A stretch of DNA of 64,000 nt from a virus. The position numbers and the translations under genes were made by a program. The stretch is taken from IMG/VR virus record IMGVR_UViG_3300037155_000096. One strand, 5' to 3'. Position 1 is the stretch's first letter, and each line of letters begins with the position of its first letter. The notes beneath the pieces were generated by a model. That model saw only the letters and a program-made list of their open reading frames with translations. It ran no database searches and was not told the DNA's origin. Below are positions 44,332 through 52,984 of the stretch, piece after piece.

Positions 44332-44860
44332 GTCAAAGGGCGGGCATAGCGGGACCGTAATTCCCCGCTTCTTTAATACAAACCTCCTATGGTTTCCCAA
44401 GGGTTTCAAGTTCCTCGGTTCCCCATTCTCCACCTTCGCTTGAGACGTCATCAGGCTGGAAATAATTCGTACGCATACTCGGATTTTATACTATACGCCC
44501 ATGTAAAATCAAAAGGCGGACGTAGCGGATTCCTTACCTTCCACAATTTCATACAAGCCTCCTGTCGGTACCTGTAACCCTTCATTGGTGTTCCGTCCCG
44601 TCTCTCCACCTATCCACACGGTAGGTGCCGATGAGCAGCTGTCTCAAACAGCAACTGACATGCGATGGAAATAATCTTGTATGCGTTCGTAGTTCGAACT
44701 GTACGTCCATTAAAATGTTATCCTGGCACCCGATTAAGTGATTACGGGGCTTCTCCTATCCAGCCTCATCTCCGCCTGCTCCAGATCGGGCTGCTCAGCT
44801 GATGTCTCATCCCTCCTTGGAAGGAAATAACTTAGACAGGCACATTCTTGCTATTATGCT
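44331..44860 (-). ncRNA. candidate large structured ncRNA (about 510-530 nt)
   Basis: No long ORF; closing helix TGTCTAAG/CTTTGACA; several hairpins (CACCTA/TAGGTG, GCTGT/ACAGC, GCGGG/CCCGC, GAAA-capped stem); ends at the terminator. Confidence 0.5.
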
Positions 44861-44873
44861 ACAGGACTTAATA

Positions 44874-45113
44874 TCAAAGAGGCAATAGCCTCTGGATCTC
44901 CTCAAAACTATATTTCAATGCGACCTTTTCCAAATGCTCTGCAATCAGAGTATCTTCAAGCGAGACAGGCTTGCGCGCCGGCTCCTTACCGTTCACCGCC
45001 CGCCTTATCATTTCAATTTCTTTCGGATTCGAACTGACCGCGATGTACTCCAATACATCACCAAGTTCTACGTCCACTTCAATCTCTTTACTTATTGTCA
45101 CATTCAGTCCCAT
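44874..45113 (-). CDS. hypothetical protein
   Basis: ORF in run. Confidence 0.65.
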   Translation of the reverse strand: MGLNVTISKEIEVDVELGDVLEYIAVSSNPKEIEMIRRAVNGKEPARKPVSLEDTLIAEHLEKVALKYSFEEIQRLLPL

Positions 45114-45886
45114 TAAACTAAATTTCCTACATTATGTCTTATTAGCTTTTTCATTGCCTCCAGATTCTCTGGCTCAGGCAAAGTGAATTCTCTTATTAAA
45201 TTCGTATGACCATAATCCATGAACTCCTTAAATTCATACGCCCTGACATCCGTGAACATTTTCATTAACGGAAGCATCAGACTGGTAAATTCTTTATCTG
45301 TCCACGGCGGAGTCCATACTCCTGACTTGCATAAAACGATTGCACTCAGTTCAATATTCTCTGGCAGTGAGCCAAGTCCGCAGGTGGTCTTGTATCTTTT
45401 CGGGTTGAGGCTGGCGTAACCAAATTTCGGTTTGCCATCCTGCTTTCTTCTTTCTTCTGACGGATAAATCTGATGGACGTTCTTTACCGATCCCTCGCCC
45501 AATAAATGTCCGAGCCAGTTTTCGCAGGAGATCTCATTAAATCCATTATTGTAAAAAATATCATGGTGCGAATCCATGTTGATCACCAGATCATATTTGC
45601 TTTTCCTCAGAGATTCGTAGCCGAACCGGTGACTATCCATAATGAACAGTTGAGCATTATCAGCAATCGTAATATTTTTCTCTTCGAGGATCTCCAAGAA
45701 CTCCCATGGTTCCGTAGTTACCTTTATCATTTCCTTGAGGTCTTTACCCTGCATCATAGCTCCGGTGGCTCTAACACCCCACATCATGTCACCGAAGGAT
45801 ATACCCGCATCCTCATGGAAGTGCATATCCCAAGCCGATGACACCGGGACAAAATAATCCCAATCTATGCTGAGGGCAATCTTCAT
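45113..45886 (-). CDS. UPF0489/arginase-fold-like putative metallohydrolase
   Basis: LSIDWDYF, DSH, INMDSHHD, CENW, LCKSGVWTP. Confidence 0.65.
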   Translation of the reverse strand: MKIALSIDWDYFVPVSSAWDMHFHEDAGISFGDMMWGVRATGAMMQGKDLKEMIKVTTEPWEFLEILEEKNITIADNAQLFIMDSHRFGYESLRKSKYDLVINMDSHHDIFYNNGFNEISCENWLGHLLGEGSVKNVHQIYPSEERRKQDGKPKFGYASLNPKRYKTTCGLGSLPENIELSAIVLCKSGVWTPPWTDKEFTSLMLPLMKMFTDVRAYEFKEFMDYGHTNLIREFTLPEPENLEAMKKLIRHNVGNLV

Positions 45887-45926
45887 CTATTTCTTTCTCT
45901 TCCTTTGGGTGTTTGTTAAATTTTGT

Positions 45927-45960
45927 GTTAAAGTGTATAACTTACAAATAGCGTGCTAAG
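45927..45960 (-). promoter_or_regulatory. repeated sigma54-like promoter motif
   Basis: CTTAGCACGCTATTTGTAAGTTATACACTTTAAC. Confidence 0.75.
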
Positions 45961-45979
45961 ATTTATAGGTATCTCCAAC

Positions 45980-46065
45980 CGTAGTATATATACTACGCCG
46001 GAGGCATGAAGTGCGTTTTTGATTCGTATTCGATGGGTAAACAGACTGTAGTATATATACTACAG
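45980..46065. repeat. two perfect palindromes sharing the core GTAGTATATATACTAC
   Basis: CGTAGTATATATACTACG (45980-45997) and CTGTAGTATATATACTACAG (46046-46065); cores 67 bp apart. Confidence 0.9.
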
Positions 46066-46090
46066 AGGCGGTTTTCTGCCGCCCCTTTCA

Positions 46091-46372
46091 TTAAAATACT
46101 TCAGTGACATTCTCAAGCGGGCGCAAGCCTTCCATCTTCCGGACGATCTTCCCGAATTCAGTCATCTCAATTTTAATGCATTCCTTGATAACTGCATTCT
46201 GCCCTTTGATGAAATCCTTGAACGAGCCATTCTCTTCATTCCAGTTAAGCTGGAACTCCAGAATCGCATAATGGCTAGTCTGCGTTAAGTTCTCAAGTAC
46301 AGGCTTCAACAGTTCATCCCGCTGTTCTTCGGTGAGGTCATCCAATAACTCCACTACATCTCTGATAATCAT
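46091..46372 (-). CDS. hypothetical protein
   Basis: ORF in run. Confidence 0.65.
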   Translation of the reverse strand: MIIRDVVELLDDLTEEQRDELLKPVLENLTQTSHYAILEFQLNWNEENGSFKDFIKGQNAVIKECIKIEMTEFGKIVRKMEGLRPLENVTEVF

Positions 46373-46552
46373 GACGGCAGTTCCTTATATGGTAAATTCA
46401 GAACGCCGGTCGACTCCTCCATTATCATTTTAGCCCTTCTGGCAGGACTTATTATCTTACTTTATCACGGACATGAAATCTTCCTGGCATCATTTTACTG
46501 CCAACGTGTTGTGCTGGCAGTAAGGTCAGCCGTAAAATAAAACAATTATTTT

Positions 46553-46981
46553 TCAAACATCAAGAGACTCATAAACTTTATTTTCAATACGTAGCTGATG
46601 TTCTGCCCAACTCAGCATGATTGCGAAGATAGCTTCCGTTTCGGTTAAGGCGACATCGCTACCCTTGTCTCCTATTAACTCCTCATTCTCATCAAGGTAT
46701 TCGACGTACACCGGTCTCATCGGTTCATCGCTGTACTCGACATGCTTAACGACAGCACCACTTTCCTTCCTCATCCTGGTTTCAAGATCTCGTAACTGGT
46801 TGGCATCGTTCTCCGGATCAAAGAACATGGGAGATACGGTTACGAACTCAAGTCCCCTTAGTCCATACTTTCTTTCTCCGAAGCCGGTTCCAATCTGATT
46901 TCTCAGGACCAGACCGTCCTCAGTATCGTCCAATATCAGTCCATACCATTTTGCTATTTCTATTTTTTGTTCTTTATTCAT
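46553..46981 (-). CDS. phage ABA-sandwich/NinX-like protein
   Basis: IAKWYG..FDPENDANQLRDLE..TETEAIFAIML; weak resemblance. Confidence 0.45.
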   Translation of the reverse strand: MNKEQKIEIAKWYGLILDDTEDGLVLRNQIGTGFGERKYGLRGLEFVTVSPMFFDPENDANQLRDLETRMRKESGAVVKHVEYSDEPMRPVYVEYLDENEELIGDKGSDVALTETEAIFAIMLSWAEHQLRIENKVYESLDV

Positions 46982-46999
46982 TCGTTTATCCTTTATTCT

Positions 47000-47524
47000 T
47001 CAATGCCTGAATAAATCATCATAATGGTCCTGCTGTCCTGGCGAGTCGTCAAAAAATTCAAGTGAATTAGCGCGAGTATCCAGTTGTATTATTCTATGTA
47101 CCCTTGGGAATTTCCATGAGACAATTCCGTCCTCATACTTGTGTTCCCCAAATTTCTTATCCATATCAGACACCCACCAGCGGAGCCCGTCTGCACCTGG
47201 GAAGTCACCATCACGATCCAATATGACGTGGAATCCCACAATCGCATCTCCGCTTCTGCGTATGTGCACGATATGGACATAATCTGGCAGAACATAACTT
47301 TCGTCTGTCATATAAGTTTTGCTCAGACCGAGTGCTGAGAACTCCTTATCTGTCATGCCAACCCCAATACCCTGGTACTTACAATCTCTTGCGAATTTCT
47401 CGTATTCAGTCAGAACGATTTCATCCTTTACTTTCGGAGCCTTGCCTTTGTGCTTATTCTGAGCCAGAGACATTCCGGTAAATAAAATCATTAGCAGAAC
47501 CATCGAACAGGTAAATTTTTTCAT
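47000..47524 (-). CDS. secreted/periplasmic hypothetical protein
   Basis: signal peptide MKKFTCSMVLLMILFTGMSLA. Confidence 0.7.
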   Translation of the reverse strand: MKKFTCSMVLLMILFTGMSLAQNKHKGKAPKVKDEIVLTEYEKFARDCKYQGIGVGMTDKEFSALGLSKTYMTDESYVLPDYVHIVHIRRSGDAIVGFHVILDRDGDFPGADGLRWWVSDMDKKFGEHKYEDGIVSWKFPRVHRIIQLDTRANSLEFFDDSPGQQDHYDDLFRH

Positions 47525-47606
47525 TACTTTATCCTTGTTTGTTTACTGATATGCTACGACAGGACTAGTCCGCCCTAATGCAACCAATTTCGTTAATACA
47601 ATTTAT

Positions 47607-47837
47607 CTATTTGTCAGGGCTTTTGAAGGGAATTCGTAGAAACGCTTTAATCAGGGAACCGGTAGTTCGCATTGCCACCCGAAATAATTCGGCTGGGAAC
47701 TTATAATAGCGTAACCATTCACGCCAAACGTCCATCCAACTAATCTTCCATAGCCAGAACGTAAGCGATAACCGGGTTTCTTTTGCAAGCTGTGTCTCAA
47801 GTTCCTTTTCAAGCGCATCAAGATCTAAATTATTCAC
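47607..47837 (-). CDS. hypothetical protein
   Basis: ORF in run. Confidence 0.55.
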   Translation of the reverse strand: MNNLDLDALEKELETQLAKETRLSLTFWLWKISWMDVWREWLRYYKFPAELFRVAMRTTGSLIKAFLRIPFKSPDK

Positions 47838-48057
47838 GGTCGCCTATTGCTTCTACCGCAGTTCTAATTCCTTCAATATAATTCAGTCCCTCTATGTTTG
47901 TGCCAGCGCAGGCATGAGCCAATATCAGGGATTCAAGCGCATCGGCAGATTCTTTCGAGATCTCTTTATGCAGTCCAGAAGTAATTGTACCACCCTGACT
48001 GCTTCTGTCGGCGACTTCTACTACAATATCAAAGATAGGCAAGGTGTATCGTGTCAT
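47830..48057 (-). CDS. hypothetical protein
   Basis: ORF in run. Confidence 0.65.
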   Translation of the reverse strand: MTRYTLPIFDIVVEVADRSSQGGTITSGLHKEISKESADALESLILAHACAGTNIEGLNYIEGIRTAVEAIGDRE

Positions 48058-48359
48058 TTTAATTTCTCCAGCTTTAATACTTTATAACGCATTAACTGAA
48101 CATATTCATCAGCATCGAGCTTCTTGAACGTGACCGCCAGAAGTGTAGTCTGATCAATCGTAGCATTAAATTTCGGTTCACTCTCTGAGTAAACGACGAC
48201 CTTGTCACCGACGTCAAACCCATCAACCTTCTCCGCTGCCTTGCCCACCAGAACCGTCATCGATACTATCAATGCTATTGATAATGCCATCAGTCCCAAT
48301 ATCATTTTGTGAGCTTTCAATGTCATGCTGCTAATTATACCCTTCGACAATGTTCCCAT
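48054..48359 (-). CDS. membrane-anchored hypothetical protein
   Basis: TM segment MILGLMALSIALIVSMTVLV. Confidence 0.65.
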   Translation of the reverse strand: MGTLSKGIISSMTLKAHKMILGLMALSIALIVSMTVLVGKAAEKVDGFDVGDKVVVYSESEPKFNATIDQTTLLAVTFKKLDADEYVQLMRYKVLKLEKLK

Positions 48360-48431
48360 TACTTCTCCGTTAATTTAGTTTCTAATTCAATATTTATTTT
48401 TCCACCTACATGCGTGGAGGTTTTCGTTTCA

Positions 48432-48905
48432 TCAGAATTCAAGATCCTCTGTTTCCTGAAGATGGGCATCATGATACCCCTTCCCTATCAGAAACTTTAC
48501 AAAGTCATCTACGTTATATTCCTCTTCATCCGTCTTCACATACTCATCCCGCAGAATCCGCAATTCCCTCAGCCCGCCTGTGACAACCAGAACGCCAAGT
48601 GCGCCATCATTGTCCTGCAGGTTGAGATAATGCGTTTTATCTCTGGGGATCGCAATCGGTTTCGTAACTCCAGCCCTTTGAATGGCTACATTGGCACTTG
48701 CCAGTGCTGGAATCCATTGCTCCAGTGTCATTCTCATTATCGGTTCATCCGGATAGTCCAGATGCATCTGCAAAGTGTGGGCAAGATGGCAAACGCTATC
48801 TCCCCTCATAAAAAATCCGGGCCAGTCCTTACCGAACTGAACAACTCCAGTCTCTACCCGTTCGGTCTCATCAAACGGAATTATTCTTACTGGTACTTCT
48901 TCCAT
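48432..48905 (-). CDS. conserved phage hypothetical protein
   Basis: RVETGVVQFGKDWPGFFMRGD N-domain pattern. Confidence 0.7.
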   Translation of the reverse strand: MEEVPVRIIPFDETERVETGVVQFGKDWPGFFMRGDSVCHLAHTLQMHLDYPDEPIMRMTLEQWIPALASANVAIQRAGVTKPIAIPRDKTHYLNLQDNDGALGVLVVTGGLRELRILRDEYVKTDEEEYNVDDFVKFLIGKGYHDAHLQETEDLEF

Positions 48906-50029
48906 TATGCAGCCTCATCGATGTCTGCTTCAAGGCGTATAGCAAATGCTTCTCCGGGCTTACCGACCGCTATCATCGGAACTCCATCCTCAGACAGATC
49001 GAAATACTTAACCATCAGCAACTTGCCGACATAACTCTCCCCGTGTTCAAACCAGTATGCTTTCTTCGAATAGCTACCGACAGGCACTACCTCGAAAGTT
49101 TTGCCATTGGGCAACCCGCAAGTGAAGGTGACACAGCCTTTGTTTCTACCTACTCCATCCGTAAACCCGACGATGGGAAATTCTTTATCCTTGAAACTTT
49201 TTACCTTCAGTACGTCATAGGTCTCTTTGCCAAGGACATACGGAGCCTTGATATTACGAACCATAGCACCTTCATAGCCCTCCAATACGAATCGTTTCTC
49301 ATAAGCGAGGACTTCAGCTTCATTGTTAGCGATGAACGTTTCTTCCACCACGATACTCGGACTATCGATTTTGCTGAATATGTCATTCAATAATTCCAGT
49401 CTTGCATCCTGTGGCATAGAGAGGTCATCCAGATTCACAAGGTCAAAAGCATTGAAATTCATGGCATCAGACTTTGCTCCACGATATTTCTTTACCCGCC
49501 TATTGCACTCCTGAAGGTTGATGCCATGCAGATATATTTCACCGCATGGAATAATGTTCGCCGGAATCTTCCCCGCCAAGGCTTTATTTATATGCTGTAC
49601 GGTATCATACGATTTATTGCCACGACTCTGCAGTTTGATATCGCTGATATCGCCGACAGCCATCGTATTAAGTCCATTCAGCTTATGCTGAACTATGCAG
49701 GGATATATAATCTTCTTCTTATGGTCATCAAATACATTGGCATGCTGCGGAAGGATCTTCGTAGTCTCCTCTGCGCAATCCGGTGTCAATGAATACTTGA
49801 CATCCAATTTCTTCTGCCACTGACTTTTAATTTCAAGTTCCGCCTGCTGTTCAGGTGTGGTTTCATTGGCTTTACCGATGTTCTTACCGACGCAGGCTAC
49901 AGGTTCTGATTCCCTGAGCTTACCGCCCATCTCACCGAACTCTTTAATAATGTTACATCCTTCCGTGCGGATCGTCCATTGCTGGATCTTGCCCGTCTTG
50001 GCTTTCTGATACAATGTTGCTAATATCAT
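48905..50029 (-). CDS. ATP-dependent DNA ligase with WGR-like N-domain
   Basis: motif I QHKLNG, III CGEIY, IIIa FNAFDL, IV EGYEGAMVR, V VLKVK; OB fold LMVKYFDLSEDGVP. Confidence 0.93.
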   Translation of the reverse strand: MILATLYQKAKTGKIQQWTIRTEGCNIIKEFGEMGGKLRESEPVACVGKNIGKANETTPEQQAELEIKSQWQKKLDVKYSLTPDCAEETTKILPQHANVFDDHKKKIIYPCIVQHKLNGLNTMAVGDISDIKLQSRGNKSYDTVQHINKALAGKIPANIIPCGEIYLHGINLQECNRRVKKYRGAKSDAMNFNAFDLVNLDDLSMPQDARLELLNDIFSKIDSPSIVVEETFIANNEAEVLAYEKRFVLEGYEGAMVRNIKAPYVLGKETYDVLKVKSFKDKEFPIVGFTDGVGRNKGCVTFTCGLPNGKTFEVVPVGSYSKKAYWFEHGESYVGKLLMVKYFDLSEDGVPMIAVGKPGEAFAIRLEADIDEAA

Positions 50030-50059
50030 GGTTTCCTTCTATGATTAAATTTCTAAATT

Positions 50060-50335
50060 CTATCCTCTTCCTGTTATATCTTCTGGGTAATATCTGCCCC
50101 ACACCCTATCAATGCTGACATCCTGAACGTCCTTGATGGTCAATCCTATGAAGACCAAAAACTGAATTATCTTCAGACATCCATTTGGGGAATTCGTAGA
50201 CTCGAACGCCTTAATTAGTTCATCCTCATGCCGCCATGTTATGCCGCTGACATTCTTTCTTTGAAGCAGATGAACGACCTGCCTGGCTGAATCATAAGTG
50301 CAACAATCAGGCTTTAACATCAGGCTCGTCCGCAT
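50060..50335 (-). CDS. hypothetical protein
   Basis: ORF in run. Confidence 0.55.
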   Translation of the reverse strand: MRTSLMLKPDCCTYDSARQVVHLLQRKNVSGITWRHEDELIKAFESTNSPNGCLKIIQFLVFIGLTIKDVQDVSIDRVWGRYYPEDITGRG

Positions 50336-50858
50336 AAAATAAATTTATTGGCTCCCAAACCTGTCCTGCCAAATCGGCATATAAGTCCTTGAACACGCCA
50401 TAGACAGCGAGAGCTTCGTTATGGTCCTCATAATCGTCATGAGTTTTATCGTCCTTGCTGGCAAGCGTATATTCGTTGGTGACATTCCATTCAATTTCAC
50501 CTAGACATTTACCTACACCACCGATTACGGTAGAGAGCAACTCGTCTGATAATTCGTTCCCGCCTTCCCTAAAGGCTTCATAGCCAGTATTGAGTTTTTC
50601 AAATGCTTCGAAGGACATCCGATATTCATCATAACCCGGATTACCTTCGTTCTTCGATTCATTATCAAAATCTTCTTCCAGTGCGCGTTGCATTTCTGGA
50701 AGAGCCAAATTAAAGGCGCTGTTTATCAGTTGGCGCTGAACATCGGTTATTACTTTCATATATTCCTTATGTTTTACTATTATCAATTCCAACAAACGGC
50801 TGCAAACCTTTGCCGCCATTGTACCAGAACAAATTCTTGAACAAAATGTCGTTATCAT
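50307..50858 (-). CDS. hypothetical acidic protein (start probably internal)
   Basis: ORF in run. Confidence 0.65.
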   Translation of the reverse strand: MITTFCSRICSGTMAAKVCSRLLELIIVKHKEYMKVITDVQRQLINSAFNLALPEMQRALEEDFDNESKNEGNPGYDEYRMSFEAFEKLNTGYEAFREGGNELSDELLSTVIGGVGKCLGEIEWNVTNEYTLASKDDKTHDDYEDHNEALAVYGVFKDLYADLAGQVWEPINLFYADEPDVKA

Positions 50859-51471
50859 TCAGGACTTTCACCCGATTCTTGTTGACATACTCCACCAGAT
50901 CCGAGTGACTACCGATTTCTCGGTCATTCGTCATATCACGCCATCCTGGTCCGGATACTTCGATGGTAATTTCTTTTGCATCCTCAATCTTCATGTTTAA
51001 TCTTGCTGCTTCAGCTTTCTTTTCGTTTGCCTCCTGCACCCGCCACATGATTGCGACTGACAAATCCCCTAACTCGCAACACCATTTAGGATGCAATCCT
51101 TCTTCCGGACATCTCCATACAAACGAGACACCCATATCAATTAATTTCAATGTCATGTCAATAAGCCCAAGCATGTGCCTGACACCCATATCTGCTTTTC
51201 TAACGAACTCAACATTACATTTCTCATCCCCGAAGACAGGACTCTTGCTTTCTTTGTCCTTGTAAACCATCTGCATGAATTTCCATGTATCAGCATGGAC
51301 GCCCTTCTGGGATAATCGCGCCTGATGATACAGGCAAACTTCCGTATCCAGAGTAACGCAATTTTCATATTTGATCGGCTCCATATTCTCGGGTGCCGGA
51401 CAAATGATATTAAGCGGTTTCGATTCTACGGTGTGAGATTCACCGTTGCTTATCATCGTGAATTCGGACAT
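50767..51471 (-). CDS. hypothetical protein with a degenerate ABC/AAA_21-like C-lobe
   Basis: ADMGVRHMLGLI and FVWRCPEEGLHPKWCCELGDL resemble signature/Walker B/D-loop; no Walker A. Confidence 0.5.
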   Translation of the reverse strand: MSEFTMISNGESHTVESKPLNIICPAPENMEPIKYENCVTLDTEVCLYHQARLSQKGVHADTWKFMQMVYKDKESKSPVFGDEKCNVEFVRKADMGVRHMLGLIDMTLKLIDMGVSFVWRCPEEGLHPKWCCELGDLSVAIMWRVQEANEKKAEAARLNMKIEDAKEITIEVSGPGWRDMTNDREIGSHSDLVEYVNKNRVKVLNDNDILFKNLFWYNGGKGLQPFVGIDNSKT

Positions 51472-51495
51472 TATCAGGTTACCTGTTTTTGGGTT

Positions 51496-51528
51496 GTTAT
51501 AAGGTATACTTTCAAAGACCGTGCTAAG
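51496..51528 (-). promoter_or_regulatory. repeated sigma54-like promoter motif
   Basis: CTTAGCACGGTCTTTGAAAGTATACCTTATAAC. Confidence 0.7.
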
Positions 51529-51808
51529 AAATAATTGGTTCAGTATCTTCGGTTATTAAAATATCGTACAGTCTCCAGTCCTCTTCATCGAACAAATCAT
51601 AGACATCCGATTCTGGCGTATGGCTGATAATCACTGTATCCTTAACATGATCGAACTCGGTAACCAGCCGTGAAGGTCTAGCGCCATCTAATATGCTTAC
51701 GGCTATCTCTTCGAGCGCATCCATGTCGGATTCAGAATAATCTTTTATTTTCTGCTGGAGAAGTCTGACCAGCTCATCGACCTTTATTTCATATTTCTTG
51801 TTCTTCAT
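51524..51808 (-). CDS. hypothetical protein
   Basis: ORF in run. Confidence 0.65.
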   Translation of the reverse strand: MKNKKYEIKVDELVRLLQQKIKDYSESDMDALEEIAVSILDGARPSRLVTEFDHVKDTVIISHTPESDVYDLFDEEDWRLYDILITEDTEPIIS

Positions 51809-52242
51809 ACTTGAAACTGCTCCTCTTTATCCGTCCACGGATTCGTCGAAATGAAATATCCGATACGGTTTACCACATGGGCGCCGGCTATAACATAAGT
51901 CTTACTATCATCTCCATCTACCAGCGTCCATACCAAACTCGGATCTGTAACCTTAATATGGTCCAACTCGAAGCCATAGGTCTCAAAGAGGAATCCTTCC
52001 CAAGGGGCGTCTTGAATTATATGGTTGGCGACCAGTGGATATTTCGCTATGAAGCCTTCCCAATCATCATCTTCATGTGCTATTTCCATTCCCAAACCTG
52101 TGTAGTCCATGTAATCTTGTATCTTTTCGAACAAGCTTTCCTCGTCTGGAGTCAATACTGGGCGGCCTTTCATGTCCTGCCAGATCGTCGATATGATTTC
52201 ATCCGCCTTGTCCTGTTGCTTGTATTCTTTCTCTTCTGCCAT
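51805..52242 (-). CDS. conserved phage hypothetical protein
   Basis: FETYGFEL..VWTLVDGD..G.HVVNRIGYFIS..PW. Confidence 0.75.
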   Translation of the reverse strand: MAEEKEYKQQDKADEIISTIWQDMKGRPVLTPDEESLFEKIQDYMDYTGLGMEIAHEDDDWEGFIAKYPLVANHIIQDAPWEGFLFETYGFELDHIKVTDPSLVWTLVDGDDSKTYVIAGAHVVNRIGYFISTNPWTDKEEQFQV

Positions 52243-52249
52243 CTTAACC

Positions 52250-52546
52250 TTCCTTTATGTTTCAAAAATGTCTAACGAGTTCATAAATATCCTTGCCAGC
52301 TGCGGACTTACATTAAATCTTTCGCAGTTGAGCGCCACTCCTTCCGGGAAATCAGAGTAACCGGCATGTCTTATGCTTGCCGCCTTCCAATCCCGGTTGT
52401 TCTAATTTCGATGCATCGTGCTTCTCACAACGATGGACTAACGTGTTCGCTAGAATGTCCGCAAATTGCCTAACCAATATGATATGCTTCTGCGTTTCTA
52501 ATTTAGCTTCTTCCAATTCTTCCTTACTCTTCATAATAGCTTCCAT
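52250..52546 (-). pseudogene. truncated DUF5662-like (HD-related) gene relic
   Basis: ETQKHIILVR..LVHRCEKHDASKLE matches the family N-terminus, then the frame stops; DFPEGV continues in another frame. Confidence 0.4.
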
Positions 52547-52922
52547 CCAATTTATGTGGCTGATATTCGTTCAAGTCCCCAGACAATCTTGTTCGAAACT
52601 CAGTAAAATCTTTTGGCGATAGTTCATCCGCCGCTGAGTCAAACAAAGCGTTGAAATGATCGTAGAACGACCTGACCTTCTTTTTCATAGGTCCGGAGTT
52701 TCTGATTTGCCAGATATTCTCCCGTACTTTCTTGTTCGGATACTTATACGGATCAGCTTTCTTAATTAACTTCGCCGTCCGGAAAATCATTTCTCCATTA
52801 TCAAGCAAAATTCTATACGAGGTTCTGGAGCCTGCCTTGATTACTTCCTTGACATCACCAATCATCTGCTGGTCATCTTGCTTCGTTGTGATTCTGTCAT
52901 CGATGCTATACACGGTCTTCAT
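52524..52922 (-). CDS. hypothetical protein
   Basis: ORF in run. Confidence 0.7.
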   Translation of the reverse strand: MKTVYSIDDRITTKQDDQQMIGDVKEVIKAGSRTSYRILLDNGEMIFRTAKLIKKADPYKYPNKKVRENIWQIRNSGPMKKKVRSFYDHFNALFDSAADELSPKDFTEFRTRLSGDLNEYQPHKLDGSYYEE

Positions 52923-52984
52923 TCTTATCCTTTAATTTTCATTCTACCATTCTAAAAAATCTGCGCTTAAAGTCTGTATCTTCA

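Noticed and set aside
44335-44410. Group II intron domain V/VI-like 3' end
   Set aside because: There is a GAAA-capped hairpin with a bulge and a following GC stem, but no AGC/CGC catalytic triad, no GUGYG 5' end and no RT gene.
44430-44460. Hammerhead ribozyme cores (CTGATGA here and near 16075-16085)
   Set aside because: There is no correctly placed GAAA or stems I and III; this site has GAAG.
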